A stretch of 64,000 nt of DNA, taken from contig DAHVQG010000009.1 of the NCBI GenBank assembly GCA_027317865.1, positions 15,937-79,936 of the forward strand, read 5' to 3'. Numbering within the stretch: position 1 is the stretch's first letter; every line of letters begins with the position of its first letter. This stretch comes from Bdellovibrionales bacterium (GTDB taxonomy: Bacteria > Bdellovibrionota > Bdellovibrionia > Bdellovibrionales > UBA1609). Position numbers and translations under genes: made by a program. Positions 37,344 to 46,477 of the stretch are shown here, in pieces. The notes under the pieces were generated by a model that was not told the DNA's origin, did no database searches, and saw only the letters and a program-made list of their open reading frames with translations.

Positions 37344-37727
37344 ATGAATACAAATAAAAAACTTGGCGGACTCAGAGTATTGCTTGCAGAAGACTCGCCG
37401 GATAATCAGTTAATCGTGAGCCTAATGCTCAAAGCTGCAGGCGCGGAGGTTGCCGTTGTCGATAACGGCCAGGCGGTTCTAGATCAGCTCCAGCGGCAAT
37501 CGTATGACGTAGTTTTAATGGATATTACCATGCCCGTCATGGATGGATTTGAGGCCATTTTGCGTCTTCGAAGCGAAGGCCATCAAGTTCCGGTATTCGC
37601 ATTAACCGCGTATTCGCTCGACGAAGAACGGCAAAAATGCCTAGAAAGCGGTTTTACCGGTCATATAAGTAAACCGATCGATCGAGCCGCGCTCCTTGAG
37701 AGTTTATCCCCCTTCGTGCTATCGTAA
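37344..37727 (+). CDS. Single-domain CheY-like response regulator
   Basis: 'VLLAEDSPDN', 'VVLMDITMPVMDG', 'ISKP'. Start at ATG 37344, 2 nt after the upstream stop. Confidence 0.8.
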   Translation: MNTNKKLGGLRVLLAEDSPDNQLIVSLMLKAAGAEVAVVDNGQAVLDQLQRQSYDVVLMDITMPVMDGFEAILRLRSEGHQVPVFALTAYSLDEERQKCLESGFTGHISKPIDRAALLESLSPFVLS

Positions 37728-37771
37728 ACTGTTTTACAGCAGCAGGGCTATAATAGGGGGCGACTGCATTT

Positions 37772-38458
37772 ATGGCCGGTATGGGCATCGAACTTAATAA
37801 CATCACTGTGACATTACCTAACGGCCGGCAACTTTTTGCTATCCGTAACCATCGTTTTGAATCGGGCGCGCACGTCTTGATACGCGGTGCGAGCGGCCAG
37901 GGCAAAACTACGTTTTTGCATATGATCGCCGGACTTTTTTTGCCAACAACGGGCCGCATACATATCGGGGAGCATGACCTCACAGAAATGACAGATAATC
38001 AGCGCTGCGATCTGCGCCGTCGACACATCGGGATGGTTTTTCAAAAACTCAATTTGTTGGAGCATCTAACGGCGGCGGAAAATATTATTTTGGCTGGCGG
38101 GCCTGGGCGCATTTCACGTTCGCAAGCATTCGCGAGTCTTGCTTCCGTGCAAATGTCGGATCGGGCGGATGACCGAGCCTCGTGGCTAAGCGTGGGGGAA
38201 CAACAGCGAGTTGCGGTCGCGCGCGTCCTCGCCGCCCAGCCCGAATTATTGTTCGCTGATGAACCCACATCAAGTCTTGATGATCAAAACGCTGAATTTG
38301 TAATGCAGGCTCTCATCGGGGCGGCACAAGGCAAAACATTAATAGTTGTGAGTCATGACCAGCGGCTATCGTCTTCATTTCAAAATGTCATTGATTTCGG
38401 TGGGTGGGTCGCTCCCAGCAGAGGTGTAAATAAAATGACTTCGCGAGGTCCATCATGA
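37772..38458 (+). CDS. ABC transporter ATP-binding protein (MacB/LolD/FtsE type)
   Basis: Walker A 'GASGQGKTT', signature 'LSVGEQQR', Walker B 'LLFADEPTSSLD'. Confidence 0.85.
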   Translation: MAGMGIELNNITVTLPNGRQLFAIRNHRFESGAHVLIRGASGQGKTTFLHMIAGLFLPTTGRIHIGEHDLTEMTDNQRCDLRRRHIGMVFQKLNLLEHLTAAENIILAGGPGRISRSQAFASLASVQMSDRADDRASWLSVGEQQRVAVARVLAAQPELLFADEPTSSLDDQNAEFVMQALIGAAQGKTLIVVSHDQRLSSSFQNVIDFGGWVAPSRGVNKMTSRGPS

Positions 38459-39705
38459 GACCAATTATGATGGCCTGGTTGAGCTTGATCCGCCGCCCGC
38501 TTTCAACGGGTCTTGCGGTACTTGCCATTGCTTTGGCAGTTGGCGGTTGCGGTGTTTTATTGCGGCTCTATTTGCTCGAACAAAATCGATTCTCAACGCT
38601 CGCACGGGGCAGTGATGCCATCATCGGCGCAAAAGCGGGTGAAATTGATATTTTGCTCGGTGCTCTGGGTGCTCAAGGGGCGTATCCGGGATTTTTGCCT
38701 TACCAATTGTTTGTTTCAATGCGGGCACGGCAAACCGTGCAATTTTCGGACGGATCGTCAGTTCCGCAATATTATTTGAAACAAGTCACTCCATTTTTGT
38801 ATTGCGGTCTTATACGCACTTCAACCGACGATTTTCGGTTAGTTGCAACCGACCACACCTTTTTCGAAGGTTTTAACTCGAATTTGCGTTTTGCATCGGG
38901 CGGCTTTGTCGACCAGTCACAAAGTCCGCCAGACGTTGTTTTAGGTTCGCTGGTTGCAAAAAGACTGGGCGTTTCAGTCGGTCAAAAGCTGCCGATTTTC
39001 ACGTGGGTTGGGCAAAAGAGCAGCGGCCCCCCGCATATCTTTAGAATTTCGGGGATTTTAAGACCTACCCACACGAGCTGGGACCGGCTCATGTATACGG
39101 ATTTGATTGACGGACAAAATCTCATTGCCCATGAGCCCGTTCTTTTAAACCGGAGCATTTGGGGCAATAACGTTGTCAACTATATGCTCGTTGATTTACC
39201 GCCGCAAAGTTACGGTCCTCTTTCAAATTTGATTAATAAACGCACAGTGGCTCAGGTTGTGTACACGGCTCAGGCTAAAAAACACTTGGCCGCGTTGGCG
39301 GGGACGGGTCAATCCATCGGAACAATGATATCAATTTTGGTTATACTATTGGGCGGTCTCGCTGTGGCTTCTATGCTTGTTGCGCGTTTCGATGCAATGG
39401 GGGTGCAACTTGCGGTATTACGGGCGCTTGGGTATACGCGGTTAGAAGTGGCTGAATCGCTTTTGTTCGAAGGAGTATTGCTGGGTCTCGCGGCTTGTGT
39501 GATTGGTATTTTAATCGACGTGTCGCTATTTCCGTTCATGCGCTGGCTTTTGGGTTCTGCCTTGCCGCCACCTGACGTTGTTACGTCGTCAATTTGGCAA
39601 AGCGCCCCAGTATGGCTCGCCGCTATTTTAGCAACAACCGCGTCGGTTTGCTTGCCATTATATAAGCTGTACAAACAGGATATTCACCGCTCGCTACGCA
39701 ATTAA
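38455..39705 (+). CDS. FtsX/MacB-type ABC permease with a large periplasmic domain
   Basis: N-terminal TM, long hydrophilic loop, three C-terminal TMs ('LRALGYTR' FtsX-like segment). ATGA overlap with the ATPase gene. Confidence 0.8.
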   Translation: MRPIMMAWLSLIRRPLSTGLAVLAIALAVGGCGVLLRLYLLEQNRFSTLARGSDAIIGAKAGEIDILLGALGAQGAYPGFLPYQLFVSMRARQTVQFSDGSSVPQYYLKQVTPFLYCGLIRTSTDDFRLVATDHTFFEGFNSNLRFASGGFVDQSQSPPDVVLGSLVAKRLGVSVGQKLPIFTWVGQKSSGPPHIFRISGILRPTHTSWDRLMYTDLIDGQNLIAHEPVLLNRSIWGNNVVNYMLVDLPPQSYGPLSNLINKRTVAQVVYTAQAKKHLAALAGTGQSIGTMISILVILLGGLAVASMLVARFDAMGVQLAVLRALGYTRLEVAESLLFEGVLLGLAACVIGILIDVSLFPFMRWLLGSALPPPDVVTSSIWQSAPVWLAAILATTASVCLPLYKLYKQDIHRSLRN

Positions 39706-39751
39706 CAGCCAACCGTTGACGGCGCAAGGCCAACCGACTAGCGTCTATCGA

Positions 39752-40342
39752 ATGAACTCATCGCAAGGCAATAACGATGCCTCAGTTCGAATTCGGCCCG
39801 CGCGTGAAGCGGATTTCGCGGCCATTGTGAAATTTGCCGACCAAAACATCGGCGCTGATTATTTTTCAGTTGAAAAAGTGAAATCCATTTTAAAAGCTTC
39901 GACTCAAAACGAGGTCATGTGTTCATTCGTTCTAGAAAATCTTGAATCTCGCCAGCTTGAAGGGATTCGACTCACCTACGCTCCCGGAGTTTGGCCGGCA
40001 AGACATCCGAGTCAATCGATTCATGCTCATTTATGGCAAGTACCAGTTGAACAAACCGCTTATTTTCAAAGTTTATTTGTTTCGCAGCGATTTCAGAATC
40101 AAGGTTGGGGCCAGCGGCTTTCGATGGCTTCGGTTGAAAATCTAAAACTTCTGGGAGCAAAAGCCGTTGTTTGCCACTCATGGGATGAATCTCCCGGCAA
40201 CTCTTCACGAAAATATTTGAATAGTTTGGGTTTTGAACCGGTTATTTCGATTCCCAATTTTTGGCATGAAATTGATTACGAATGCACGCGCTGTGGACGC
40301 GGGTGCAAATGTACGGCAACGGAAATGATTTTATATTTGTAG
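39752..40342 (+). CDS. GNAT N-acetyltransferase with a C-terminal Cys cluster
   Basis: Motif A 'QRFQNQGWGQRL'. Tail 'YECTRCGRGCKC'. Start at ATG 39752; the track ORF starts at TTG 39716. Confidence 0.7.
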   Translation: MNSSQGNNDASVRIRPAREADFAAIVKFADQNIGADYFSVEKVKSILKASTQNEVMCSFVLENLESRQLEGIRLTYAPGVWPARHPSQSIHAHLWQVPVEQTAYFQSLFVSQRFQNQGWGQRLSMASVENLKLLGAKAVVCHSWDESPGNSSRKYLNSLGFEPVISIPNFWHEIDYECTRCGRGCKCTATEMILYL

Positions 40343-40367
40343 ACGCGAGTACGCGAAGGGGGTGGCC

Positions 40368-41531
40368 ATGAGTATTTCGTATTGGCAGGATCAATCAGAT
40401 AGCAAAACCAAGTCGTGTGATGTCGCTATTGTCGGCGGCGGCATAACCGGTTTTTCAGTTGCGTATTGGTTAAAAAAAGAAGATCCGAGCTTAAATGTGT
40501 TAATTCTCGAACGCGGAACAGCGGGCTCGGGCGCAACGGGCCGTAATGCGGGTTTTATCACTTGCGGTTCGGTTGAACATTTCAATCGTCTTTGTGAGCG
40601 CTGGGGTAAGGAGCGCGCTCTTGAGATGTGGCGTTTTTCAGAAACTAATTTAGCTCTTTTGAAGGATCATATTATTGAAAATGATAGTGATCTTGATTTC
40701 GACGATCATGGCACATTTTCACTTGCCTCAACGGTTGAGGAGTTTCAAGAACTCAAGAAGACAGCAGAATTAATGCAGGGGTGTGACATTGCGATCGACG
40801 TTTTACAAGGCGCCGACATTGAACGTCGCGTGGGGGCACGAAATTTTGTTGGTGGTATCAAATATCTCAAAGATGCGTCGATTCATCCGGTAAAACTCCT
40901 CAAGAAATTGGCGGAGCGGACCGATGCGGTCTTTTTGCCAAACACCGAAGTCTATAACATTGAAACCGCTGCGAATGGCAATACGCGAATTAAGACGCAA
41001 CATTTTGATGTTGAGGCGACCGTTGCGGTTTTAGCGCTTAACGGTTATTCGGCATCGTTACGTTCGTATTTTCGCGACAAAATTTACCCGACCCGCGGTC
41101 AGATTATGGTGACAGAACCAGTTGCAAAATTTATGGAGGGTCCCTGTTACGCGAATTTTGTTCTCGATTATTTTCGTCAACTTCAAGACGGCCGAGTTCT
41201 TATAGGTGGATTTAGACAATTAGAAAAGGCGACAGAAGTTGGCTATTCTGATCACATTACCGATACCATACAAGAAGCTCTTTATAGTTTTTTGCAAAAA
41301 CACATCCCGATACTTGAGAATCGAAAAGTGACACATCGATGGGCAGGGGTAATGGGGTTTTCGGCAGATGGGCAACCACTGGTCGGGTCGCTCCCTGACG
41401 AACCTTCAGTTTATTTTGTCGGGGGATATACCGGCCACGGAATTGGTCTTGCCTTTCATTGTGCAAAAGTTTTAGTTGATTTGATCAATGGACGCGAGAT
41501 ACCGTCATTTGTATCAGCCCGGAGGTTTTGA
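40368..41531 (+). CDS. FAD-dependent oxidoreductase (DAO / glycine-D-amino-acid oxidase family)
   Basis: Dinucleotide fold 'DVAIVGGGITGFSVAYWL'. 'GGYTGHGIGL' near the C-terminus. ATG 40368 follows GAAGGGGG. Confidence 0.85.
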   Translation: MSISYWQDQSDSKTKSCDVAIVGGGITGFSVAYWLKKEDPSLNVLILERGTAGSGATGRNAGFITCGSVEHFNRLCERWGKERALEMWRFSETNLALLKDHIIENDSDLDFDDHGTFSLASTVEEFQELKKTAELMQGCDIAIDVLQGADIERRVGARNFVGGIKYLKDASIHPVKLLKKLAERTDAVFLPNTEVYNIETAANGNTRIKTQHFDVEATVAVLALNGYSASLRSYFRDKIYPTRGQIMVTEPVAKFMEGPCYANFVLDYFRQLQDGRVLIGGFRQLEKATEVGYSDHITDTIQEALYSFLQKHIPILENRKVTHRWAGVMGFSADGQPLVGSLPDEPSVYFVGGYTGHGIGLAFHCAKVLVDLINGREIPSFVSARRF

Positions 41532-41765
41532 TTGAGCGATGACAACGAACCGCGGATTGGCACAAAATGCACCGGTATAGTAAAATGGTTTAACGAGCAA
41601 AAGGGCTACGGGTTCATAGAGCAAGCCAACGGACGCGACCTCTTTGTTCATTACAAAGAAATTCGTGGCAAATTAAATCCGGGCGATAAAGTGGAGTACA
41701 TCCTTGGCGAAGGTCGCAAAGGACCCGCGGCTACAAAAGTCCGCGTCATATCTCGGGCCGAGTGA
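41532..41765 (+). CDS. Cold-shock protein (CspA family)
   Basis: 'GIVKWFNEQKGYGFIE', 'DLFVHY'. TTG is the only in-frame start; it directly abuts the upstream TGA and has GGAGG 6 nt upstream. Confidence 0.85.
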   Translation: MSDDNEPRIGTKCTGIVKWFNEQKGYGFIEQANGRDLFVHYKEIRGKLNPGDKVEYILGEGRKGPAATKVRVISRAE

Positions 41766-41766
41766 T

Positions 41767-42411
41767 TTAAGGCGTCAACAATCGATGAACATATGGGCGC
41801 AATCCGGCGAAAAAATATTCAACGGCAATCATCATAAGTATTAGGCCCATTAGGCGAATAAACACTTTTTGTCCGCTTTCGCCAATAATTGAAATAATTC
41901 GTTTTGATCCGATTAAAATAAAATAAGTAGCCAGCGAAACGACCACGGCTGAAACAAACAAGATCGCGCGATCGACGAACGTCACCGATTCGTGCATGGC
42001 CACCATAATAAAGGTAATTGTTCCCGGACCGGTAATGAGCGGAATCGCTAGAGGTGTGATGGCGCGGAGTTCAACATCCTGAATATTAAGCCGCTCCGAC
42101 GCGGACATCGATTTTGTTCGTGTTTCGCGGCCCTGGAGCATGTCATAGCCGCTGATAAAAAATAAAATACCGCCAACCACGCGAAGCCCGTCAATCGAAA
42201 TATTAAAAAACGAAAAAACAAATTTACCGGCTACACCGAAAAATAACATAGCGACAAATGCGGCAATCGTGGCGCGCCGGGCGATACGCGGGCCAATGTT
42301 CGTTTCAGAACCTTCGATTAGAGAATTGTAAAACGGCATTGCACTGAGCGGGTTTACGATCGTGAATAAGCTCGTGAGCGTATACAAAAAATAACTAACG
42401 ATGTGTTTCAA
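41767..42411 (-). CDS. MarC-family (UPF0056) integral membrane protein
   Basis: 'FTIVNPLSAMPFY' N-terminal motif and a six-TM pattern. Confidence 0.8.
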   Translation of the reverse strand: MKHIVSYFLYTLTSLFTIVNPLSAMPFYNSLIEGSETNIGPRIARRATIAAFVAMLFFGVAGKFVFSFFNISIDGLRVVGGILFFISGYDMLQGRETRTKSMSASERLNIQDVELRAITPLAIPLITGPGTITFIMVAMHESVTFVDRAILFVSAVVVSLATYFILIGSKRIISIIGESGQKVFIRLMGLILMMIAVEYFFAGLRPYVHRLLTP

Positions 42412-42490
42412 TGTGCCCGCCGCCTGAATGCATCTACTTTATCGCGGGCTATTGAGGGGTTCAATCTTTTTAAATGAATCTAATAGAACC

Positions 42491-43240
42491 CTAGTTCATT
42501 GAAGCGGGAGTGCGGCTAGCCCGGACTTGGTCATTGATCTTGACCCAATCGCGATTCATAAACATCGAGGCGACCGTACCATAGCTGCGGTATCGGCGAA
42601 TGACGGCTCGAGCCGTCGGGTAGTCGTGGTATTTCATTAGAAAATGGACATACTCTCGAGCAACTTCAAATTGTGGTTTTCGGTGTCGGTGATAGACAAG
42701 AAATGCAAATTCACGTTTTGCTTGAATTTTGTCGCCGAGTTTTGCGAGTACGTTGGCGTATTGTAGGCGTACCGAATCGCTTCGGCCTCCGAGCCGAAAA
42801 TAAATATCATAGTTTTGCCGCGCTTGAGAAAGCTGGCCATGATCAGCTTGAATTTTGGCTAAATGCGATAAATACGAAAGGTTGTGATGATCCATAGCAA
42901 ACAATTGGGCGAGCGCTTGAATTTCACAGCCCCACTTTTGCTGATCGTCACAGATCGCAGCGATCGACTTCAAATCACTGGGGCTTGCCACACCCAATAC
43001 CTGTTTGATTTTAAGCGGGATAATCTCAAACGCGTGGCCGCGCCAAATAATCAGATGAGCGGCAATTAAAACTCCCGCGATTACCATTAAAAAGAGACGG
43101 CGCAAAAGTATAATATCGCTTTTGGTATGATGTTCTGAAATGAGATCGACGACCTGGCCGCAGCTGCAGTAGGCCTTATTTTGAATAATGCGTTCCGACT
43201 CAATTGGTTTTTGACATGTTGGGCAGTTCATTAGAAGCAT
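42491..43240 (-). CDS. Zinc-ribbon / single-TM / TPR-like protein
   Basis: 'MNCPTCQKPI...CSCG', TM 'LFLMVIAGVLIAAHLII', helical repeat-like C-terminus. Start is ambiguous (43231, 43240 or 43291). Confidence 0.5.
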   Translation of the reverse strand: MLLMNCPTCQKPIESERIIQNKAYCSCGQVVDLISEHHTKSDIILLRRLFLMVIAGVLIAAHLIIWRGHAFEIIPLKIKQVLGVASPSDLKSIAAICDDQQKWGCEIQALAQLFAMDHHNLSYLSHLAKIQADHGQLSQARQNYDIYFRLGGRSDSVRLQYANVLAKLGDKIQAKREFAFLVYHRHRKPQFEVAREYVHFLMKYHDYPTARAVIRRYRSYGTVASMFMNRDWVKINDQVRASRTPASMN

Positions 43241-43359
43241 ATCAATTGACAATGCAAAAGTTGTACATAACGGGGTGGCGCTGAATTGCAACTGATTGGT
43301 AGAAATCTATCAATCATTTAGTCACTGTTAATTTGCTAACAGTTTTTGGAGAATATCAA

Positions 43360-44544
43360 ATGGAACCGTTTCAAAATGAGACTCGAAATGCCGTAGCTGC
43401 GCCGGTTTTGTTCGGGGTCGAGTCGGTCGGGTCGGTTGGGATTGCAACCGTGGAATTGAACCGTCCCGCGATTTTAAACGCACTTGATACCGACTGCTAC
43501 AAGCTACTCGAGTCGCGATTGATTGAGTGGCAAAACGATTCAACGGTTGGCGCAATTATAATTTCGGGTAAGGGCGGTAAAGCATTTTGCGCCGGAGGTG
43601 ATGTAAAGGGTTTAGTTCTTAAATCAAAAGAGTTTGGGCTTAAAATCGCTCTTGAATTTTTCACTCACGAATATTTCGTCGACGGATTTGTGCACAATTA
43701 TAGAAAGCCAATTGTCGCAATCTGCGATGGTATCACCATGGGCGGCGGGCTAGGCCTTGCGGCTGGCGCCATTCTTCGAATTGCGACCGAACGAACTTTA
43801 GTGGCCATGCCGGAGCTTTCAATTGGTTTATTTCCGGATGTCGGCGCAACTCGCTTTTTGGGCGATGTTAATATGCCCGGATTTGAATCGCGTCGCGTAC
43901 GGGCCCCGTTTGGGCTTTTTATGGGACTCACCGGTGCTCGGCTAAGCGGTGCTGATGCCGTTCGCATCGGTCTCATGGATGCCTTTGTACCCACTACGCG
44001 CCTGCGACATTTGCATGCGGATCTCTTGCGCGCAATGAACGCAGAAAGGAGCTCGGAATCGAACGAGCGGGCCGTGACCGCGAATGTGAAAGCTGTGGTG
44101 GCGAAGAATTCGCAGCAGGCAACTTCGGGTATAACCGAAACAGATGAACACATAATTGAGGATATTTTTTCGCTAGATGATCTATTAAAAATCGACCGGC
44201 GCTTTAAAGAAGTACGTAAACTTTCACCATGGCTTGAAGAGACGCGAACGCGGTATTTGAAAGGGTCGCCACTTTCGCGCCGGGTATTCTTTGAAGCGTT
44301 TCATCGACACCGCAATCTTTCTATAATTGAAACGTTAACCCGCGAGTGGGAGATGTCGATTTGTTTTTCTAAGGGAAGTGAATTCGCCGAGGGTGTCCGT
44401 GCTGTTTTAATCGAAAAAGATCATGCACCGAAATGGAGATATTCGGCGCTCGATCAAATACCCGGTGAAGTGATCGAGTCCATGTTTCGTTCGGGTGAGC
44501 CCGAAAACCTATTGGTTGAAAAGTTTCGCGAGTTCGGCTTCTAG
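43360..44544 (+). CDS. Enoyl-CoA hydratase/isomerase family protein, 3-hydroxyisobutyryl-CoA hydrolase-like
   Basis: 'AFCAGGDVKGL', 'ICDGITMGGGLGLA', 'PELSIGLFPDVG'. ATG 43360 follows GGAGA. Confidence 0.75.
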   Translation: MEPFQNETRNAVAAPVLFGVESVGSVGIATVELNRPAILNALDTDCYKLLESRLIEWQNDSTVGAIIISGKGGKAFCAGGDVKGLVLKSKEFGLKIALEFFTHEYFVDGFVHNYRKPIVAICDGITMGGGLGLAAGAILRIATERTLVAMPELSIGLFPDVGATRFLGDVNMPGFESRRVRAPFGLFMGLTGARLSGADAVRIGLMDAFVPTTRLRHLHADLLRAMNAERSSESNERAVTANVKAVVAKNSQQATSGITETDEHIIEDIFSLDDLLKIDRRFKEVRKLSPWLEETRTRYLKGSPLSRRVFFEAFHRHRNLSIIETLTREWEMSICFSKGSEFAEGVRAVLIEKDHAPKWRYSALDQIPGEVIESMFRSGEPENLLVEKFREFGF

Positions 44545-45762
44545 ATTTTGGCGCTTCACTTCTGATTGCGCACCGGTGTCGAGAATTTTGAGTGTCACGA
44601 CATGTTTGGCAAGCTCTTGTTCGCCGATAATAACCGCGCCGAGTGCTCTATGTGCCACAGCTTTTTTCATTCGATTGCTCATGTTGCCTGAATAGCTTAA
44701 ATCGATCACGAAACCTTTTCCCCGCAGTTCATGGGCGAGTCGCGTACATTCCCGTTCGGCTTTATCACCGACCGGGATCAATGCCACCGGGCGAGTCGAC
44801 AACGGGTCTTCAAGCATCAAAAGGCTTAATCGTTCGATCCCGGCCGCCCAACCAACAGCTGGTGTCGGGCTGCCCCCCATCATTTCGCAAAGTCCGTCGT
44901 AGCGTCCGCCCGAAAGAACCGCGTCTTGCGCACCAAGAGCGTGCGTTCGAAATTCAAATACAAGGTGCGAATAATAATCAAGACCGCGGACAAGTTTCTG
45001 ATTGATCGAATATGCGATACCGAGATCTTTTAGACTCTTTTGGATTCGCTCAAACTGCGTGCGGGAAGATTCGTTGAGATCGTCAAGTAAACGAGGGGCA
45101 CTTTCGTTGACTTCAATGTCATTTTTATCTTTTGAATCCAAAATGCGCAGTGGATTGAGCGATAGCCGCTTTCGGCTGTCTTCGCTGAGATGCGACTCGT
45201 GCTGCTTATAATAGTCGACGAGGTGAATACGATAAAGGTCGCGCGACTCCTTATCGCCGATCGAGTTGATTTCGAGGTAGGTTCGTTCGGCCACCCCCAA
45301 AGCGTTGAGAAGATTTTGCGCAAGTGAAATCAGTTCCACATCCGCATCGCCGCCTTCGGGTCCGAGAAGTTCAGCGCCGATTTGGTAAAATTGTCGATAT
45401 CGGCCCTTTTGTGGGCGCTCATACCGAAACATGGGGCCCTCATAAAACCATTTGACCGGAAGTTGCCGCTGCAAACCGTGTTCAATGAATGCACGCATGG
45501 CCCCAGCCGTGCCTTCGGGTCTAAGGCTCAGCAAATCGCCGCCTTTGTCGGTGAAGGTGTACATTTCTTTTGTCACGATGTCGGAGGCGTCGCCGAGCGT
45601 GCGCGAAAATACGCCTGTTGGTTCAAAAACCGGCGTTTTGATTTCTTCAAAACCATAGTACGCAGCAATCCGGCGTGCCGTCTCAACAATATAACGGTAC
45701 CGTTTGACTGTTGAATCTAATAGATCATGTGCTCCACGCACTGCCTGCAGTTTTTGTGACAT
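44509..45762 (-). CDS. hisS: Histidine--tRNA ligase
   Basis: 'AVRGAHDLL', 'LRPEGTAG', 'MFRYERPQKGRYRQFYQ', 'LSGGRYDGL', 'GWAAGIERL'. Confidence 0.9.
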   Translation of the reverse strand: MSQKLQAVRGAHDLLDSTVKRYRYIVETARRIAAYYGFEEIKTPVFEPTGVFSRTLGDASDIVTKEMYTFTDKGGDLLSLRPEGTAGAMRAFIEHGLQRQLPVKWFYEGPMFRYERPQKGRYRQFYQIGAELLGPEGGDADVELISLAQNLLNALGVAERTYLEINSIGDKESRDLYRIHLVDYYKQHESHLSEDSRKRLSLNPLRILDSKDKNDIEVNESAPRLLDDLNESSRTQFERIQKSLKDLGIAYSINQKLVRGLDYYSHLVFEFRTHALGAQDAVLSGGRYDGLCEMMGGSPTPAVGWAAGIERLSLLMLEDPLSTRPVALIPVGDKAERECTRLAHELRGKGFVIDLSYSGNMSNRMKKAVAHRALGAVIIGEQELAKHVVTLKILDTGAQSEVKRQNLEAELAKLFNQ

Positions 45763-45814
45763 AGAGTCTTCATCATAGTAGACTGTTGTACGTTCGGCAA
45801 CGTCGGAGAATAAA

Positions 45815-46471
45815 GTGACTGATACGAGTTACATTGATATATCACCGCTAATTTCAGAACGAACGGCCGTATATCCTGGCGATACCGCATTTTCTCGGCA
45901 TGTGACTTTGGACATGGTTCGCGGCGATCACCTCACGCTATCGGATATCCGCACCACTCTTCATGTTGGAGCGCATGTCGATGCACCCAATCACTATGCA
46001 CGCGACGGAGTTGGAATTGACGAGCGCGCCCTTGATTTTTACTTTGGAATTTGCCAAGTCATTCGCGTGTCATTTGAGGTTAAGCGCAAAAAAGCAAAAT
46101 CTAACGAAGATTTACGAATTCGCCCCGCCGATTTATCCGGCGTCGAAATCCAGGCGCCGCGCGTTTTGTTTGCCACGGGGACATTCCCTGAGCCGAATAG
46201 GTGGAATGATGATTTTGCGTCGTTATCACCTGAATTGGTTGATTTTCTCGCAGATCGGGGAGTGCGCCTTGTGGGCATCGACACTCCCTCAATTGACCCA
46301 TCAGAATCGAAAGAGCTCGAATCGCATAACGCTATTGCCAAACACGACATGGCCATTCTCGAAGGGATTATTCTTAATAATGTTGAGCCGGGGATTTACA
46401 CTTTGATTGCCCTGCCGTTGCGTCTAAAAAACGCCGATGCGTCGCCGGTGCGCGCGATATTGGTGAAATGA
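45815..46471 (+). CDS. kynB: Kynurenine formamidase (cyclase family)
   Basis: 'HVGAHVDAPNHY' cyclase-family metal motif. Adjacent to tryptophan 2,3-dioxygenase. Confidence 0.8.
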   Translation: MTDTSYIDISPLISERTAVYPGDTAFSRHVTLDMVRGDHLTLSDIRTTLHVGAHVDAPNHYARDGVGIDERALDFYFGICQVIRVSFEVKRKKAKSNEDLRIRPADLSGVEIQAPRVLFATGTFPEPNRWNDDFASLSPELVDFLADRGVRLVGIDTPSIDPSESKELESHNAIAKHDMAILEGIILNNVEPGIYTLIALPLRLKNADASPVRAILVK

Positions 46472-46477
46472 GCCCCG

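Noticed and set aside
43698-44153. 151-aa minus-strand ORF inside the enoyl-CoA hydratase-family gene
   Set aside because: It is a shadow of a gene with clear crotonase motifs, and its composition is Arg/Ala/Ser/Pro-biased.
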